From contig NC_087472.1 of NCBI RefSeq assembly GCF_036321535.1, forward strand, positions 100,690,001-100,754,000: a DNA stretch of 64,000 bases. The letters run 5' to 3'. The position numbers and the translations under genes are program-made. The notes beneath the pieces were generated by a model. That model saw only the letters and a list, made by a program, of their open reading frames with translations. It searched no databases and had not been told where the DNA came from. This document shows, one piece after another, positions 14,655-27,415 of the stretch (position 1 is its first letter; each line of letters begins with the position of its first letter). Source of the DNA: Camelus dromedarius (lineage: Eukaryota).

Positions 14655-14701
14655 CTTATAGAAGATTAAAAACAGATCATCCAGTTTCCCATGCAAATCA
14701 C
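14655..14701 (-). CDS. PPEF1: PPEF1 coding exon 6 (GDLHGKLDDLFLIFYK; PPP metal-binding motif)
   Basis: 47 nt; acceptor tttcatttccag|GT, donor AAG|GTAAAT; GDxHG motif. Confidence 0.95.
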
Positions 14702-14949
14702 CTGGAAATGAAATGAAAAATCACTATTTAGTAGGAAACAAGAAAGTACCCTTTTTGTTATAGGATTTTAAAACTGAAATAATGCTGATACACTCTAAGT
14801 GTTCTCAGGGCATTGGGTTTTTACCCTATGATGATATTGACTCAACAGACAATTTGTTTCCATAGCATTCCATGGAAATTTTGTCCCTTTTCCTATAGGG
14901 GATAGCATCCAATGTTGCAATTACCTATTCACTCCTGCCGTTTAGCTTA

Positions 14950-15200
14950 CTTACTTACTGTGCTTAAGCTTACTCTGTGCTAAGTGCTAGACTAAGGGTT
15001 TACATGAATTATCTTGTTCAATCCTTACAACCACTCTATGAGATGGGTATTATTTTCATCATTCTCCTTTTATGAATGTGGCTCAGGGTAGTAAGTAACT
15101 TATGCAAAGCTGCCCAGCTACCAAGTATTAGAGCTGGAATTCAAACTCAACTTTATCTCACTTCAGAACTGAAGCTCTTAGTGATTATTCTGTACTGCCC
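14950..15200 (-). mobile_element. MIR SINE
   Basis: TTCAATCCTTACAACCACTCTATGAGATGGGTATTATT..GAGCTGGAATTCAAACTC. Confidence 0.7.
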
Positions 15201-17991
15201 ACACTGTGATCTCTAGGAGAGCAGCAATATTACCTATCTTAGCATTAAACCCCCAAATGCCTCCTATAGTACCTGCTGCAAAGTAGGCATTCAAAAATTA
15301 AGTTTAATTGCTAAATGCATAGCTTTTTAAAGCCATGTTTTCAAAAATATGCTCCAGCAGTAGCATCTGAAACTTAAAAATCATGAGTAGATAGTTGACA
15401 CTCTTTTGATGAGATCATTATAGAAAATAAAAATGAAAGCATGGCTTTATAAAACTCAGCCAACTAAGGGAAACCATATAAATATATGAAGCCATTAATT
15501 TAAAAAAGAGTAAATATGTGAATATTCAAAAGCCCTATTTGGATAACTATTTCTAGGTAAATATTTGTCTTTCATAAGCTTGGATCATAAATTCTTATTC
15601 TTTGTAACCAATTTAATTACCAAATATAATTTAATTTAGGAAAGCTTTTCTTCAGTTTGCGTAAAATGCTCCAACCAAAATTAACCAAACACATACAAAA
15701 GATGACTCCAATTATAATGGGAATAATAAAATTAAAATCCTATATCACCAGCACTTATTTATAAAATGACTACCATATTAATATTAATAGCATATTAATA
15801 CTATTGTGTAATTAAATCTCATTGCTTCGTATGTTTTCACTCCAAATCTAAGGAAATTAAAATGAAACGACTTTAACTTATCAGTTAAACAGATTTTTAA
15901 AATAATTTTATTTTCCTAATTTTCTTCAGGGTGACTTGTCTTTCAAAGATTTGGGTAGATAGAACTGTTGCAACTGGAATGCTAGTAAGTGAATTGGTTT
16001 CATCATATAAGAGTTGAGGATAGAAAAATACTTTTAACTTCTAGTTGGACAGCAAAAGATAAAACTTGATGTATCATGGAAAGACAGCAAGAGAAAGATA
16101 TTTCCACTGCATACAAAAACGTAAGTGCAGAACTAGTTATCATTTATAACATAACTATAGACTAAAATATCTCCTATATTTCATGCACATTAAGAACTAT
16201 GTAGCATGTTTAGATGTGCATGTAAAAAGTGCATCTGGAGATTAAAATAATGGTAAAGGTTCATCATAATTTCTCTCCCTTTCCTAATACTGTCTAAAAC
16301 AGAGGATGATTTTGAAAATATGGTCCCAATTTTAAATTTTATTTTAAATGATGACTAAATTTTCCTAAGTTCAATGGGGCTATTAAAGACAGAAAATAAT
16401 TCCTATGTGAAGGAAACCTACTGGCCTTAGTTTTTCCCTCTACCAATGGTGCTATGTGGAAAAAGTTTGGAAATAAATGCCCAAGATGTGGGGATCGTTA
16501 AATAAATGGAACTGTTTGATCAACCATTCTTTAGTCTTTCTCATGACAGAAAATGAAGTATCAGTTAGAGCGGTACATGATGGGAGTTGGGACAGCAGAT
16601 ATGGAGCTGGCTCTAACCTGGGATGCAGAGGATCTGATTTTTAATTCTGCCTCTGCCATTAACTAGTTGAGTGAGCTTTAGGGGGAAGTGGGGGAGAGGG
16701 GCAAGTTACTACCAAAAAAAAAATGCATGGAAGGCAATACACTTTTCTCTCTGGGCCTCAACTTCATCCACAAGAACATGGGATAGACTAGATGGTCTCT
16801 GTAAGAACCATTCAGTTCCAGGACTTACACACCCTCTACTTCATGTCTTCTTCCAGATCCTTTTATGCACAGATAAGTCTCCAATGGCAACTGGAGGTAT
16901 ACTAGAAATATATGGGAGCAGATCCCACTTTGTGTTTGGCCTAGTATATACACTCTGAGAGCAAGCCTAGCCCTGACTCCACAGGCTTCTTGAGTTGGCA
17001 TGGCTTCCTGAGCCTCATGACCCAAAATTCTTCACCTCCATGAAAAGTAAGAGCTGATGAGGCCTTGAATAAAAGGTCCCCACTGCTGAGATGCATCATT
17101 TGGAACAGAGAGATGTGGTGGCATTATTAGGTTGGAACTTAACCATTAAATTCTTCAAAAGCCTGAGTCAGGGCACGTCATGGAGCATGTACTGCTACAT
17201 CAAGTCCCTGTCACCACTATCAGATGCTAGAAATGGAAATGGTTTAATTAGATTGTCAAATCCACTTCTACCTGCCAGAGTAAAAGAAACATGGGCTAAA
17301 AATTGATTTGGAAAATAACAATCACTGTTTTGTAACCTAAAGCCTTAATTAGAAGTTAAGGGAATTGCTGTTCCTTCCACGCACTCCATTCTCAGACAGT
17401 TACAAGCATGCTGAGCACCAACTGTGTTGAATTTCAATGTGTACTGCTTCTTGAAGCAATATCCTGCCAGGCTGGCCTATATGACAACAAAATCTCAGAT
17501 CTTGTTATTTAGAAGAACAGGGAACAGATTTCTGGGACATTCCCACTCTTCTAAAAGCTGCAGAGACCAGTTGGAAAAATCTAAAACAGCTGCCGAGGGC
17601 TGAGAAGAGTTCAATCTCCACCCCGCCAAGGGCTTTTCTCTTCCCAGCACAAGTGGCACTCAGAGGCCCACCTAGAAAAAGCCACATGGAACAAAGATAA
17701 TGAGAGCCAAGCAGAGGGCACAGAACACTTATTCCACCCATGGGTGGCTTTCTGTATTAAAATGCTATCTGCCTTTATAAAAAGCTATGAGTTCTTTCAT
17801 TTCTCACATAATTAATTCCTGCCAGCTGGTATGCAAAACAAAGATGGGAAACAGTATTATCATGATAGATAACTCTATATTCATACTTTTCCCTTAATAC
17901 AGCCCAATTTACACAGTTTTCAAGTTAGGCCAATGGTGGAGAACCAAGAGGCTCCTAAATATTAATTTGGCAACTGTGCTCTGAAACTTAC

Positions 17992-18106
17992 CACAGATTG
18001 TTATCTCTTTGGAGGGAGAAGTTTTTGTGTGAGTAAAATTTGGCATTTGCTTCAGGACCTTCCTGGTTTCAAATAGCACCTCTAAGACATAATAAGCATG
18101 AAGTAT
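17992..18106 (-). CDS. PPEF1: PPEF1 coding exon 5 (ILHAYYVLEVLFETRKVLKQMPNFTHTKTSPSKEITIC+1 nt)
   Basis: 115 nt; acceptor cccttacag|ATA, donor GTG|GTAAGT; inside ORF 17909..18136. Confidence 0.95.
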
Positions 18107-19028
18107 CTGTAAGGGCAAAGCAGAGGAAATAGACATAATGAACTAGGGAAAAAGGCATGAGTGCACAGAAGGCAATAAAAGTGGAGCATATGAGCACATT
18201 TCAGGTAGCTGTATTTCAGGATAATCTCTAAATTATTCTTAAATAGATTATCCTAGTACAGTATCTGGCACATAAAAAGCCCTCACTAGAGATTTGTAAA
18301 TTTGAATGTATGAATGGTTCCTAGGAAGTTTATACTCTCATGTTCTTAACGGACATCACCCACTCACAGAACATTTCTCATTGTTCTTGGTCTTTAGAGC
18401 CTAAGAGAAGTGACAGGAAAAAAAGGAGACTCCCACGCCCAGAGGAAATGTGCAGGCAAAATAAATAAATAAATAAAACAGAAGGAGGGAAAGGAGAGAG
18501 AAGGAGAAAGAAAAAGAGAAGTAGAGGGAGGTTGTTCAATAGGGGCTGCTTCGCATTTGTTTGCCACCTCCTGTCACCCGGGCTGAGAATTAGGTGGGAG
18601 TGCTGGGTTAGAAGATCTCACAAGGCAGCCAGAAAGGCCCCCAAGGAACTCCTGAGCCCGGCGTCCCAGGTATGGCTCAATATTTGGTGCCACAGACATG
18701 AATATACAGGACAGCAAGCACACTTAAATACAAGTCTAAGTACAAAACACACTGCAAACCCAAATAAACCATTCGGATTATCTCCTGTTATGATTCTTCA
18801 TCCCATTGCTCCCCTCCAGTTACAGTGTTGATGACAGCATTGTTTTGGACAGATTTACTGGGTTTTCTCCCTCGGGCTTTTATTTGTTTGTTTTTTTAAA
18901 TTCCAGTGTGTCTTTCTCTCTTTTTTTTTTAATTATAAAATATTCCAAATACATAATCCAAAAAGCGGTATAGCTGATACAAATACAACAGATGCTAACA
19001 CCACTTTTTGGTCAGGACTGTCTGTACC

Positions 19029-19339
19029 TGTACTGTCCAATGCAGTAGCTGCTGGCCACATGGGGCTACTTACCACCTGAAATGGGGCTAGTCGAAATAG
19101 AGATGCAAGCACAAAATACACACTGGATTTCAAAGACTTAGTATGAAAAAAAAGTAAAATATCTCATTAAAAACTTTTACTATGAGTACCTATTAAAGTG
19201 ATAAATTTACATGTTCAATGAAATAAAACACATTATTAAAATTAATTTCACCTGTTTCTTTTTGCTTTTATAATGTTAACTACTAGAAGATTTTAAATTA
19301 TGTATGTGGCTCAGGTATATGTCTATTGGAGAATGCTGG
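19029..19339. mobile_element. hAT-Charlie MITE (MER33/MER3-like)
   Basis: CTGTCCAAT..GCCACATG..CTGGATTTCAAAGACTTAGTA..ATTGGA pattern. Confidence 0.7.
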
Positions 19340-20504
19340 TTTACATTATTGCAGACTGAGAGAGGTGTCATATCTACATACTGTTCAGATAATGCTTCGG
19401 GTATGGGATTCAGGACAGATGGAACTCTTTGGAATGATCATATCTCTTGGTGTCCTGAAATTTCCATTTTCATAGCTATTTAAAAATGTAATTATTTTCT
19501 ATCCCAGACTCCAAAACGAGAGTTTTCATGATTAAATAATTTAAAAAAAAAAAACAAAACACCAAGAAACAGGATTTGAAGTAATGTGAGAATTAGGGGG
19601 AAAGATAAGGGCCCCTGGATATTGATTAGTGGGGAGAGATTCTTATTTCCTGTCTATCCAAACCTAATGGATTGCTAAGGATTTTCCCCACAAAAGCATT
19701 CCAATCCATTCAACTCACAACTTGAGTCAAATCTTGAATGAGAACTTTCCTTTAAGCACATTTTAAAGGAATAGGCAAAATACTTTCACAAAATGACTTA
19801 TTTCAATTTGCATATTTAATTTATTGATTCCCAACACTGGCTTCAGTGTTAACTTGCCATTGCAGACTTTCTGGTCCATTTGTAGTACTAGTCAGAGTAA
19901 TTGCTGTCTGAAAAGGCAGTTGTTTTTGTAAGTTAAATTAACAAATATTCACTGAGGATATATTTCAAGAACAGAAAATTCCTATTATGAAAATAGTTTT
20001 GCCAGGTCCTTTTTTGATTGGCTAAAATCACTTTGGTAATATTAGTTCCTACAGAGTCAGTCCACTTCTCATTCAATAGCATTATAATTGTGTTTACAAC
20101 TGCAATATTAAACACTCAAAAGAGTTAACTCAGACGTTGATTTCTATGTTTACAAATACATTCAGATTAAATAGCAACTTAAATAAAATATTCACATTTC
20201 TTTAAAAGGCACAGAGGGAGGAAAATACTACTTTTAAAGGATAATTCTTCTTTTAAAAAAGTAGTTTTTAAATGGAAAAAACTCTCACTTTTTTAGTTGA
20301 AATAAAAATTTAAAGAGCAAAAAGGAGTATAACAATGAAAAGCAATTTTCCTTCTTCCCCAGATCTCAGTCCCGTTTCCCTATCCCCAGAAACAGCCACT
20401 GTTAAGAGTATCTTTCCAAACAGTATTCTATGCATTTGTAAGCATATAAAAATGAATATAACCAAATATGAATATACAAACTCATATATAAATATATAAT
20501 CCCT

Positions 20505-20930
20505 TAAATAAAATGTGGTTTATTCACACAAAGGAATATTATTCAACCAAAAATAGGAATGAGGTACAGATACATGCTACAGCATGAATGAACCTTGAAA
20601 ACATTATGCCAATCAGAAGAAGCCAGACACAAAAGGCCACATATTGTATGATTCCATTTATATCAAATGTCCAGATTAGGCAAATCTGTAGAGATAAAAA
20701 GTAAACTAGTGGTTGCCAGGGGCTAGGGAAAAGGAGAAATGGGGAGTGACTGCATAATGGGTATATGGTTTTGTTTCGAGGATGATAAAAATGTTCTGGA
20801 ATTAGACAGTGGTGATGATTGCACAACATTTTGAATATACTAAAAACCAGTGAACAATACACTTTACTTAAAATGGTTGAGATAATCTATTTTATGTTAT
20901 GTGAATTATACCTCAATTTTTAAAAAATCA
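20505..20930 (+). mobile_element. L1MB-like 3' end
   Basis: ATGAACCTTGAAAACATTATGC..AGCCAGACACAAAAGGCCACATATTGTATGATTCC..TGTGAATTATACCTCAAT. Confidence 0.8.
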
Positions 20931-21757
20931 AAATATGTAATGCTTATTAATTTTTTTAACAAATGGAAGCATACTGTACACTACATTGAATCTTTTATTC
21001 TTCTCCTAACAAAATAATTTTTTCATTTTTATAAAATCAAAATTGTCTACCTTTTCTATTATAGCTCCTTGGATTTTTGCCATATCTTTTGTCTCCTTGG
21101 GCATAGTAAACATATTTATTTTAAACTCTGAGTTTGATAATGCCATTATCTAAATACTCTATAGGTTTGTTTCCATTGCCTGTTGTTTACCTCAGTTTTC
21201 TTTTGTGAATCCTGTATCCTCCTGTGCCTAACATTTGTATTAAGTTCTGGATATTGTACATGAAAACTTGAAGAAATAACTTTAGGACTCATTTTCTTCT
21301 AGAGAGGATTTAAGTTTTCTTTTGGCAGGTGGCTAGGAGCACTAGCTGTCTAGGACGATCTCTGTTCAATTTCAGCAATTAGATGATTCAAAATTTTGTT
21401 TCAGTCCCCACAGAGCCAGTACTTCTCATTCACTCTTACTCCCAGGATATGCCCTTATGTCCTAACCTGAGAATGAGAGTTTTGGGGTGATGTCAGAAAA
21501 TGATGGAGTAGGTAGCTCCAAGATCCCATCTCTCCACAGAAACATTGAAAAATCAAGCCAAAAAAACAAAACAAACAAACAAGAAAAAAAAAAACAGTTA
21601 GAATTCTGGAAAATAGCCAAAGTTTATAGCAACCAAGCAAACGCTGAATCAAGAAAAAGGCAACTTAAAAATGACTCAGTGCAAGCAGAAAGTAAAGGCT
21701 AACACAGATTTGTAAACAGCCTGGCTAAGCAGTGAAGTGTACCAATACAGAGCCAAT

Positions 21758-21863
21758 TTTCCTTTCTTCCCTCCCCTTTCCTTCCCTTCCTTTTCCTTCC
21801 CCTTCCCCTTCTCCCTTCCTTTCCCCCTCCTTCCCTCTCTTTCTTTCTTTCTTTTTTTCTTTC
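21758..21863. repeat. Polypyrimidine (CT-rich) low-complexity tract
   Basis: ~100 nt made only of C and T. Confidence 0.9.
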
Positions 21864-23525
21864 TAGCTCTTGGTGTTCAAGGAATCTCTATCAAAGCACT
21901 AGCTGAACACAGGCTAAAAGAACAGAGACTTCAGAGACCTCATACACAATTAGACCTTTAGAATACTCCACCCAACAACAGCAGACTTTTTTTTACAAGT
22001 GCACATGGAAAATTCTCCAAGACAGACCAGATGTTAGGCCACAAAACAAGGCTCAATACATTTTAAAAGACTGAAATCATGCAAAGTATCTTCCCTGACC
22101 ACAATGGAATGAAACTAGAAATCAATAACAGAAGGAAAACTGGAAAATTCACAAATATGTGGAAATTAAACAACATATTCTTTAACAATCAATGGGTCAA
22201 AGAAGAATCACAAGGGAAGTTAGAAGATACTTTGAGATGAACAAAAATGAAAATATAACATACCAAAAGTTATGGGATATAGTTAAAGCAATGCTCGGAG
22301 AGCATTGGCTGTAAATGCCTAAATTAAGAATGAACTCAAATGAAAAGCCTAACTGAGTGCTTAGGGAGCTAGAAAAAGGACAAATTAAACTGAAAGCCAG
22401 CAGAAGGAAGAAAATAAGGATTAGAGTGCAGATAAATGAAACAAAGAACAGAAAAACAATAATCAACAAAACCAAACATTGGTTCTTGGAAAAGAGCAAC
22501 AAAACTGACAAACCTTTAGCTACACAGACCAAGAAAAAAAAAAAAAGAGAGAGAGAAAGCAAATAACAATAATCAGAAACAAAAGTGGGAACATTACCAC
22601 TGACCTTAAAGAAATAAAATGAATTATAAGAGAATACTATGAACATATGTACATCAACAAATTAGATAACTAAGATGAAATTGGCAAATTTCTAGAAACA
22701 CACAAATTACCAAAACTTACTCAAAAAGAAATAGAAAATTTGAACACATCTAGAACAAGTAGAGATTGAATCAATAATCATAAACCCCCTAACAAAGAAA
22801 AGCACAAGACCAGACAGCTTCATTGGTAAACTCTAGGAAATGTTTAAAGAAACACCAATCCTTCTCAAATTCTTTCAAAAAAATAGAAGAGAAGGAAACC
22901 GTTCCTAACTCATTCTGTAAAGCTGGTATTACCCTGATACCAAAGCCAGACAAAGACACCACAGGAAAAGAAAATACCAATCAATATCCCCTATGAATTA
23001 AATGCAAAAATCCTCAACAAAATATCGGCAAACAAATTCCAACAGAATTTTTAAAGAATTATATACCATGACCAAATAAGATTTATTCCACAAATATAAG
23101 GGTGATTCAACATAAGAGAATTAATCAATGTAATACACAAAATTAATAGAATGTAGAAAAAACATACAATCATCTTAATTGATGTAGAAAAAGTATTTGA
23201 CAAAATCCAATACCCTTTCATGATAAAGCCACTCAGAAAATTAGGAACAGAAGGAAACTTCCTCAACATGATAAAGGGTATTTATTAAAAACCTGCAACT
23301 AACATCACAGTCAATGGTGAAAAGACTGAAAGCTTTCCCCCTAAGATCAGGAACAAGAAAAGCATGCATGCTCTCACCACTGCTATTCAATACTGTAAAG
23401 GAAATCTTAGCCAGAGCAATTAGGCAAGAAAAAGAAATAAAAGGCATCTGAATCAGAAAGGAAAAAGTAAAACTCTCTCTATTTACAGATGATGTGATCC
23501 TGTACATAGAATATCCCAAAGAATG

Positions 23526-23528
<3 letters not shown>

Positions 23529-23558
<30 letters not shown>
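23529..23558. repeat. (AC)15 microsatellite
   Basis: Read directly. Confidence 0.95.
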
Positions 23559-23560
<2 letters not shown>

Positions 23561-25155
23561 AAGAGCTAATAAATGAATTCAGCAACGTTGCAGAATAAAA
23601 GGTCAATCCACAAAATTCAGTTGTGTTTCTATACACGAGCAAAGAACAATTAAAAAGGGGATTAGGAAAGCAATTCATTTCACAATAGCAACCAAAAGAA
23701 TAAAACACCTAGGAATAAATTTAAGGTAATGAAAGGCTTGTACACTGGAAACCATAAGACTATAAAAGAGCTGAAAGAAATTTAAAAAGACCTAAATAAA
23801 TGGAAAAACATTCCATGTTCATGGATTATAAGACTTAACGTTGCCAAGATGGCAATACTACCCAAATCAATCTATAGATTCAACACAACCCCTACCAAAA
23901 TCTCAAAGAGCTTTTTTGCAGGAATGGGAGAGTCAGTCCTCAGATTCATTGCAAGGGACCCTAAATGTCAAAACAATACTGAAAAAGAGGAACAAAGTCA
24001 AAAGATTCACACTTCCTGATTTCAAAACGTACTATGAAGCTACATTAAGCAAGACAATGTGGTACTGGCATAAAGATAGACACATACACCAACGGAATAG
24101 AATTGGGAGTCCAGAAATAAATCTATTAATTTATTAATAAACCTATTAATTTTTGACAAAGGCACCAAAACCATTCAATGGGAAAAGAATGGACTCTTCA
24201 ACAAAAGGTATGAGGACAACTGCATATTCACATGCAAAGAATGAAGCTGGGCCCCTACCTCATACCATATACAGAAATTAACTGAAAATAGCTTAGGTAG
24301 AGCTAAATGTAAGAGCTAAAACTATAAAATTCTTAAAAGAAAACTTCATGACCTTGAATTTGACAACGGATTCTTAGATATGATGCCAAAATACAAGCAA
24401 CCAAAGGGAAAAAGATATAAATTAGACTTCAATAAAATTAAAAACTTTTGTGACTCAAAGGACACTATCAAGAAAGTGAAAAGATAACCTACAGAATGGG
24501 AGAAAATATTTACAAATCATGTATCTGATAAGGGACTTGTATCCAGAATACAGAAAGAACCCTTACAACTTAACAGTAAAAAGACAAATAACTTGATTTT
24601 AAAATGAGTAAAGTATCTGAATAGACATCTCTCCAAAGAATGTGTCCAAATGGCCAGTAAACATGAAAAGATGCTCAACATTTTATCCATCAGGGAAATG
24701 CAAATTAAAACCACAATTAGATACTACTTCACATAACAACTAGGATGACTATAATAAAGATAAAATAAAATTTAAAAAAAAAACAGAAAATAATAAGTGT
24801 TGACAAAAAATGTGGAGAAATTGGAACCCTCATGCATTATTGGTGGGAATGTAAAATGGTGCAGCCACTATGGAAAACAGCTTGGCAGTTCCTCAGAAAG
24901 TTAAACATTGAGTTATCGTATGACCCAGCAATTCCACTCCTAGGTATATACTCAAGAGAATTGAAAATACATGTTCATATAAAAACTTGTACATGAATGT
25001 TCTTGGTAACATTGTTTATAATAGTCAAAAGGTAGAAAAAACTGATGAATGGACAAACAAAATGTGGTATATTCGTATAATAGAACATTAGCCATAAAAA
25101 TAAAGGATTAATGAACCATGCTATGACATGAATGAACCTTAAAAACATTATGGTA

Positions 25156-25284
25156 GTGGGGAAGGTACAGGTCAGTGGTAGAGTGCAGGCTTAGCATGCA
25201 CGAGGTCTTGGGTTCAATCCCCAGTCCCTCAGTTAAAACTAAATAAAACTAATTACCTCCTCCAAAAATTTCTTTTTTTTTTAA
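25156..25284 (+). mobile_element. tRNA-derived SINE (Vic-1-like) inserted in an L1 3' UTR
   Basis: GTCAGTGGTAGAGTGCAGGCTTAGCATGCACGAGGTCTTGGGTTCAATCCCCAG..CTAATTACCTCC; TSD ATTATGGTA (25147-25155, 25285-25293). Confidence 0.85.
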
Positions 25285-25825
25285 ATTATGGTAAGGTTAA
25301 GAAGCCAGACAAAAAAGGCCATATATTATATGACTCCATTTGTATGAAATATCCAGAATACACAAGTCCATAGAGACAGAAAGCAGAACAGTAGTTGCCA
25401 GGAGTTGGGGAGGAGGGAATGGGGATGGGTACGGCACTTCTTTCTGGGGTGAAGAAAATGTTCTGGAAGTAGATATTGGTGATGGTTGCACAATCTTGTG
25501 ACTATACTAAAACCCACTAAATAATACACCATTTAAAAATGGTGAATTTTATGGCATGTGAATTATATTTCAGAAAAAGATCTCAGAAATTATATCTTAG
25601 AAAAACAAAAATACTGTGAGCCTATAAATAGAGAGGCAGTTTCTGTGCACCTGAGGAGAGTTCTATTTAAAGGGTTAAGCAAAGCAGAGGGTAGTTCTCG
25701 CTTAATGTGAAGCTTTTCCCCAAGGGAATGCATTTCTGTTACAGAGTTTTCATCCATTCATTCAACAGTCAGTCGGTGAGGACATGTTACATACAACAGT
25801 CAGAACAGTATCTGCTTCCACTTGC

Positions 25826-25989
25826 CTGTTGTTGCTTGAAGGCCTCAATAAGTACATCAATATCAGTAAAAGTGAGAGGAAACTGCAGCCGAGGACCACA
25901 ATAGGAATCTGGGACGTCTATCAATCCCAAATAGTCCTGTCTATCCTTGCTGTCCTGGGTGCTGCTACCAAAAAATCGATTTACTAATT
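25826..25989 (-). CDS. PPEF1: PPEF1 coding exon 4 (ELVNRFFGSSTQDSKDRQDYLGLIDVPDSYCGPRLQFPLTFTDIDVLIEAFKQQQ)
   Basis: 164 nt; acceptor tctgtttcag|AA, GC donor CAG|GCAAGT; inside ORF 25787..26047. Confidence 0.93.
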
Positions 25990-26714
25990 CTGAAACAGAA
26001 AAACAGAAGCGGGAGGGGGAATCAGCATTCTCATACTTAAAATGCAATAAATACCTTCTTGGATATCTAGCCCATGTAAGGCACTACGCTAAATGTTACG
26101 AATACCAAGCTACTCCACATATAACCATGAGAAATGATTTGTTCTGAGATCAGTAGATATGTTCATGTGAATCATCATCATCCCTTCCTGGGTGGACATT
26201 TTACTAAAGCAGTGAGTTCATCAGTGGGGAGGAGAGGAGAAGCACAGGGAAAACTGGTCAATCAAGGTATTTTGATGCTCTAAAGCTCTAACTCTACTTT
26301 TTCTGTCCACTCTTACATCTCGTATTTTTACAAATAGGGTTGAAAACATAACAATGCATTGTATTTAGTTCAAATATCTGCGGCTATTCAAGATCTACAG
26401 AAAATTAAATGGCAATATTCAATTTTTCCCTGTTAAACACTTCAAATTTTACTTAGCTGTAATTGATTTGTTTCTCTCATCAGGTAAAAACAAATTTTCT
26501 GACGTGATTTTCTTTTTCATCTTGTTAACAAAGAAGATAAAGTTAGATGACCAACCACAGGCAGAAATACCCAAAGGACATCTCCCTCTTGGAGAGGCAT
26601 TTTTGTGCGAAAGATTCCTGCACTGCCCATTGCAGTAAGTGCTGAGCCCCCAGGATCCCTTTCTTGCTAGACTGCCTATGAAACAAGAACAGAAACCTGG
26701 CCAATTCAGGTGGA

Positions 26715-27415
26715 GAAGGAGAAAAGGGACATGGTAGATTGATTGCAAAAGTGTCCCCAGTTCTCTATCCCAACTTCTAACCATGCTTTTTAATGTGATT
26801 TTGCAGCCACTCTCGTCAAGAGACTTTCCCCAGCCTTGAAGCTGTGCTAGGTTTGTGACCTGAGCTGAACTAAAGAATGTGGTGGAAGTTTTATGTACCA
26901 GTTCCAGCCAAGGCCTCAGGAGGCCTCTTGTGCTTCCATGCTCTCTTTTGAAACTGTGTCACTACCACGAAGCCCAGGCTAGGCTACTGAAAGCTCCAAG
27001 ATCATGTGAAGCAGAGACGAGCCACCCTAGCCAACGCTGTTCTAGATCAGCCACCAGCCAGCAGACCTGTAAACATATGAGTGAACTCCAGCCAAGGCCT
27101 GAAAAACTACCCAATCAAGCCTGCCAAGATCAGCAGAAGTACTCAGCTAATCTGCAGACTCGTGAGCAAAAAGAAATGTTTATTACATTCTACTGAACTA
27201 GTTTGGTTGTTCAATACACAGTGTTATTGAGGGGGGAGGTATAGCTCAGTGGTAGAGTGCCTGCTTAGCATGCACAAGGTCCTGGGTTAAATCCACAGTA
27301 CTTCCACTATAAACAAACAAACAAACCTAATTACCTCCCCTCAACAAAATGAAATGAAAAAATAAAAACAGTTAAAAATACATAGTATTATTGCAGTAAC
27401 AGATAACTAATGCAG
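26715..27415 (+). mobile_element. MaLR LTR (MLT1-type), SINE-interrupted
   Basis: TGGTAGATTGATTGCAAAAGTG start and GTAACAGATAACTAATGCA end. Confidence 0.65.
27230..27376 (+). mobile_element. tRNA-derived SINE (Vic-1-like) inserted in an MLT1 LTR
   Basis: GGGGAGGTATAGCTCAGTGGTAGAGTGCCTGCTTAGCATGCACAAGGTCCTGGGTT..CCTAATTACCTCCCC; 17-bp TSD with 2 mismatches (27213-27229, 27377-27393). Confidence 0.88.

Larger units (their letters stand above)
21485..25575 (+). mobile_element. L1 (L1MB-like): 5' UTR-like piece, most of ORF2, 3' UTR; inactivated
   Basis: Recognisable ORF2 EN-end, RT and C-terminal sequence from ~21950 with many stops; contains (AC)15 and a SINE. Confidence 0.88.

Noticed and set aside
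22197..23708. Hydrophobic minus-strand ORFs of 149 and 155 aa
   Set aside because: Antisense reading of A-rich L1 ORF2.
25984..25989. Second AG 6 nt into exon 4 (in-frame alternative acceptor)
   Set aside because: The first AG has the better context and no evidence supports use of the second.
27230..27310. tRNA gene-like sequences (also at ~6530, ~25160, ~41850)
   Set aside because: They have A-rich tails and TSDs and lack an intact cloverleaf; they are SINEs.
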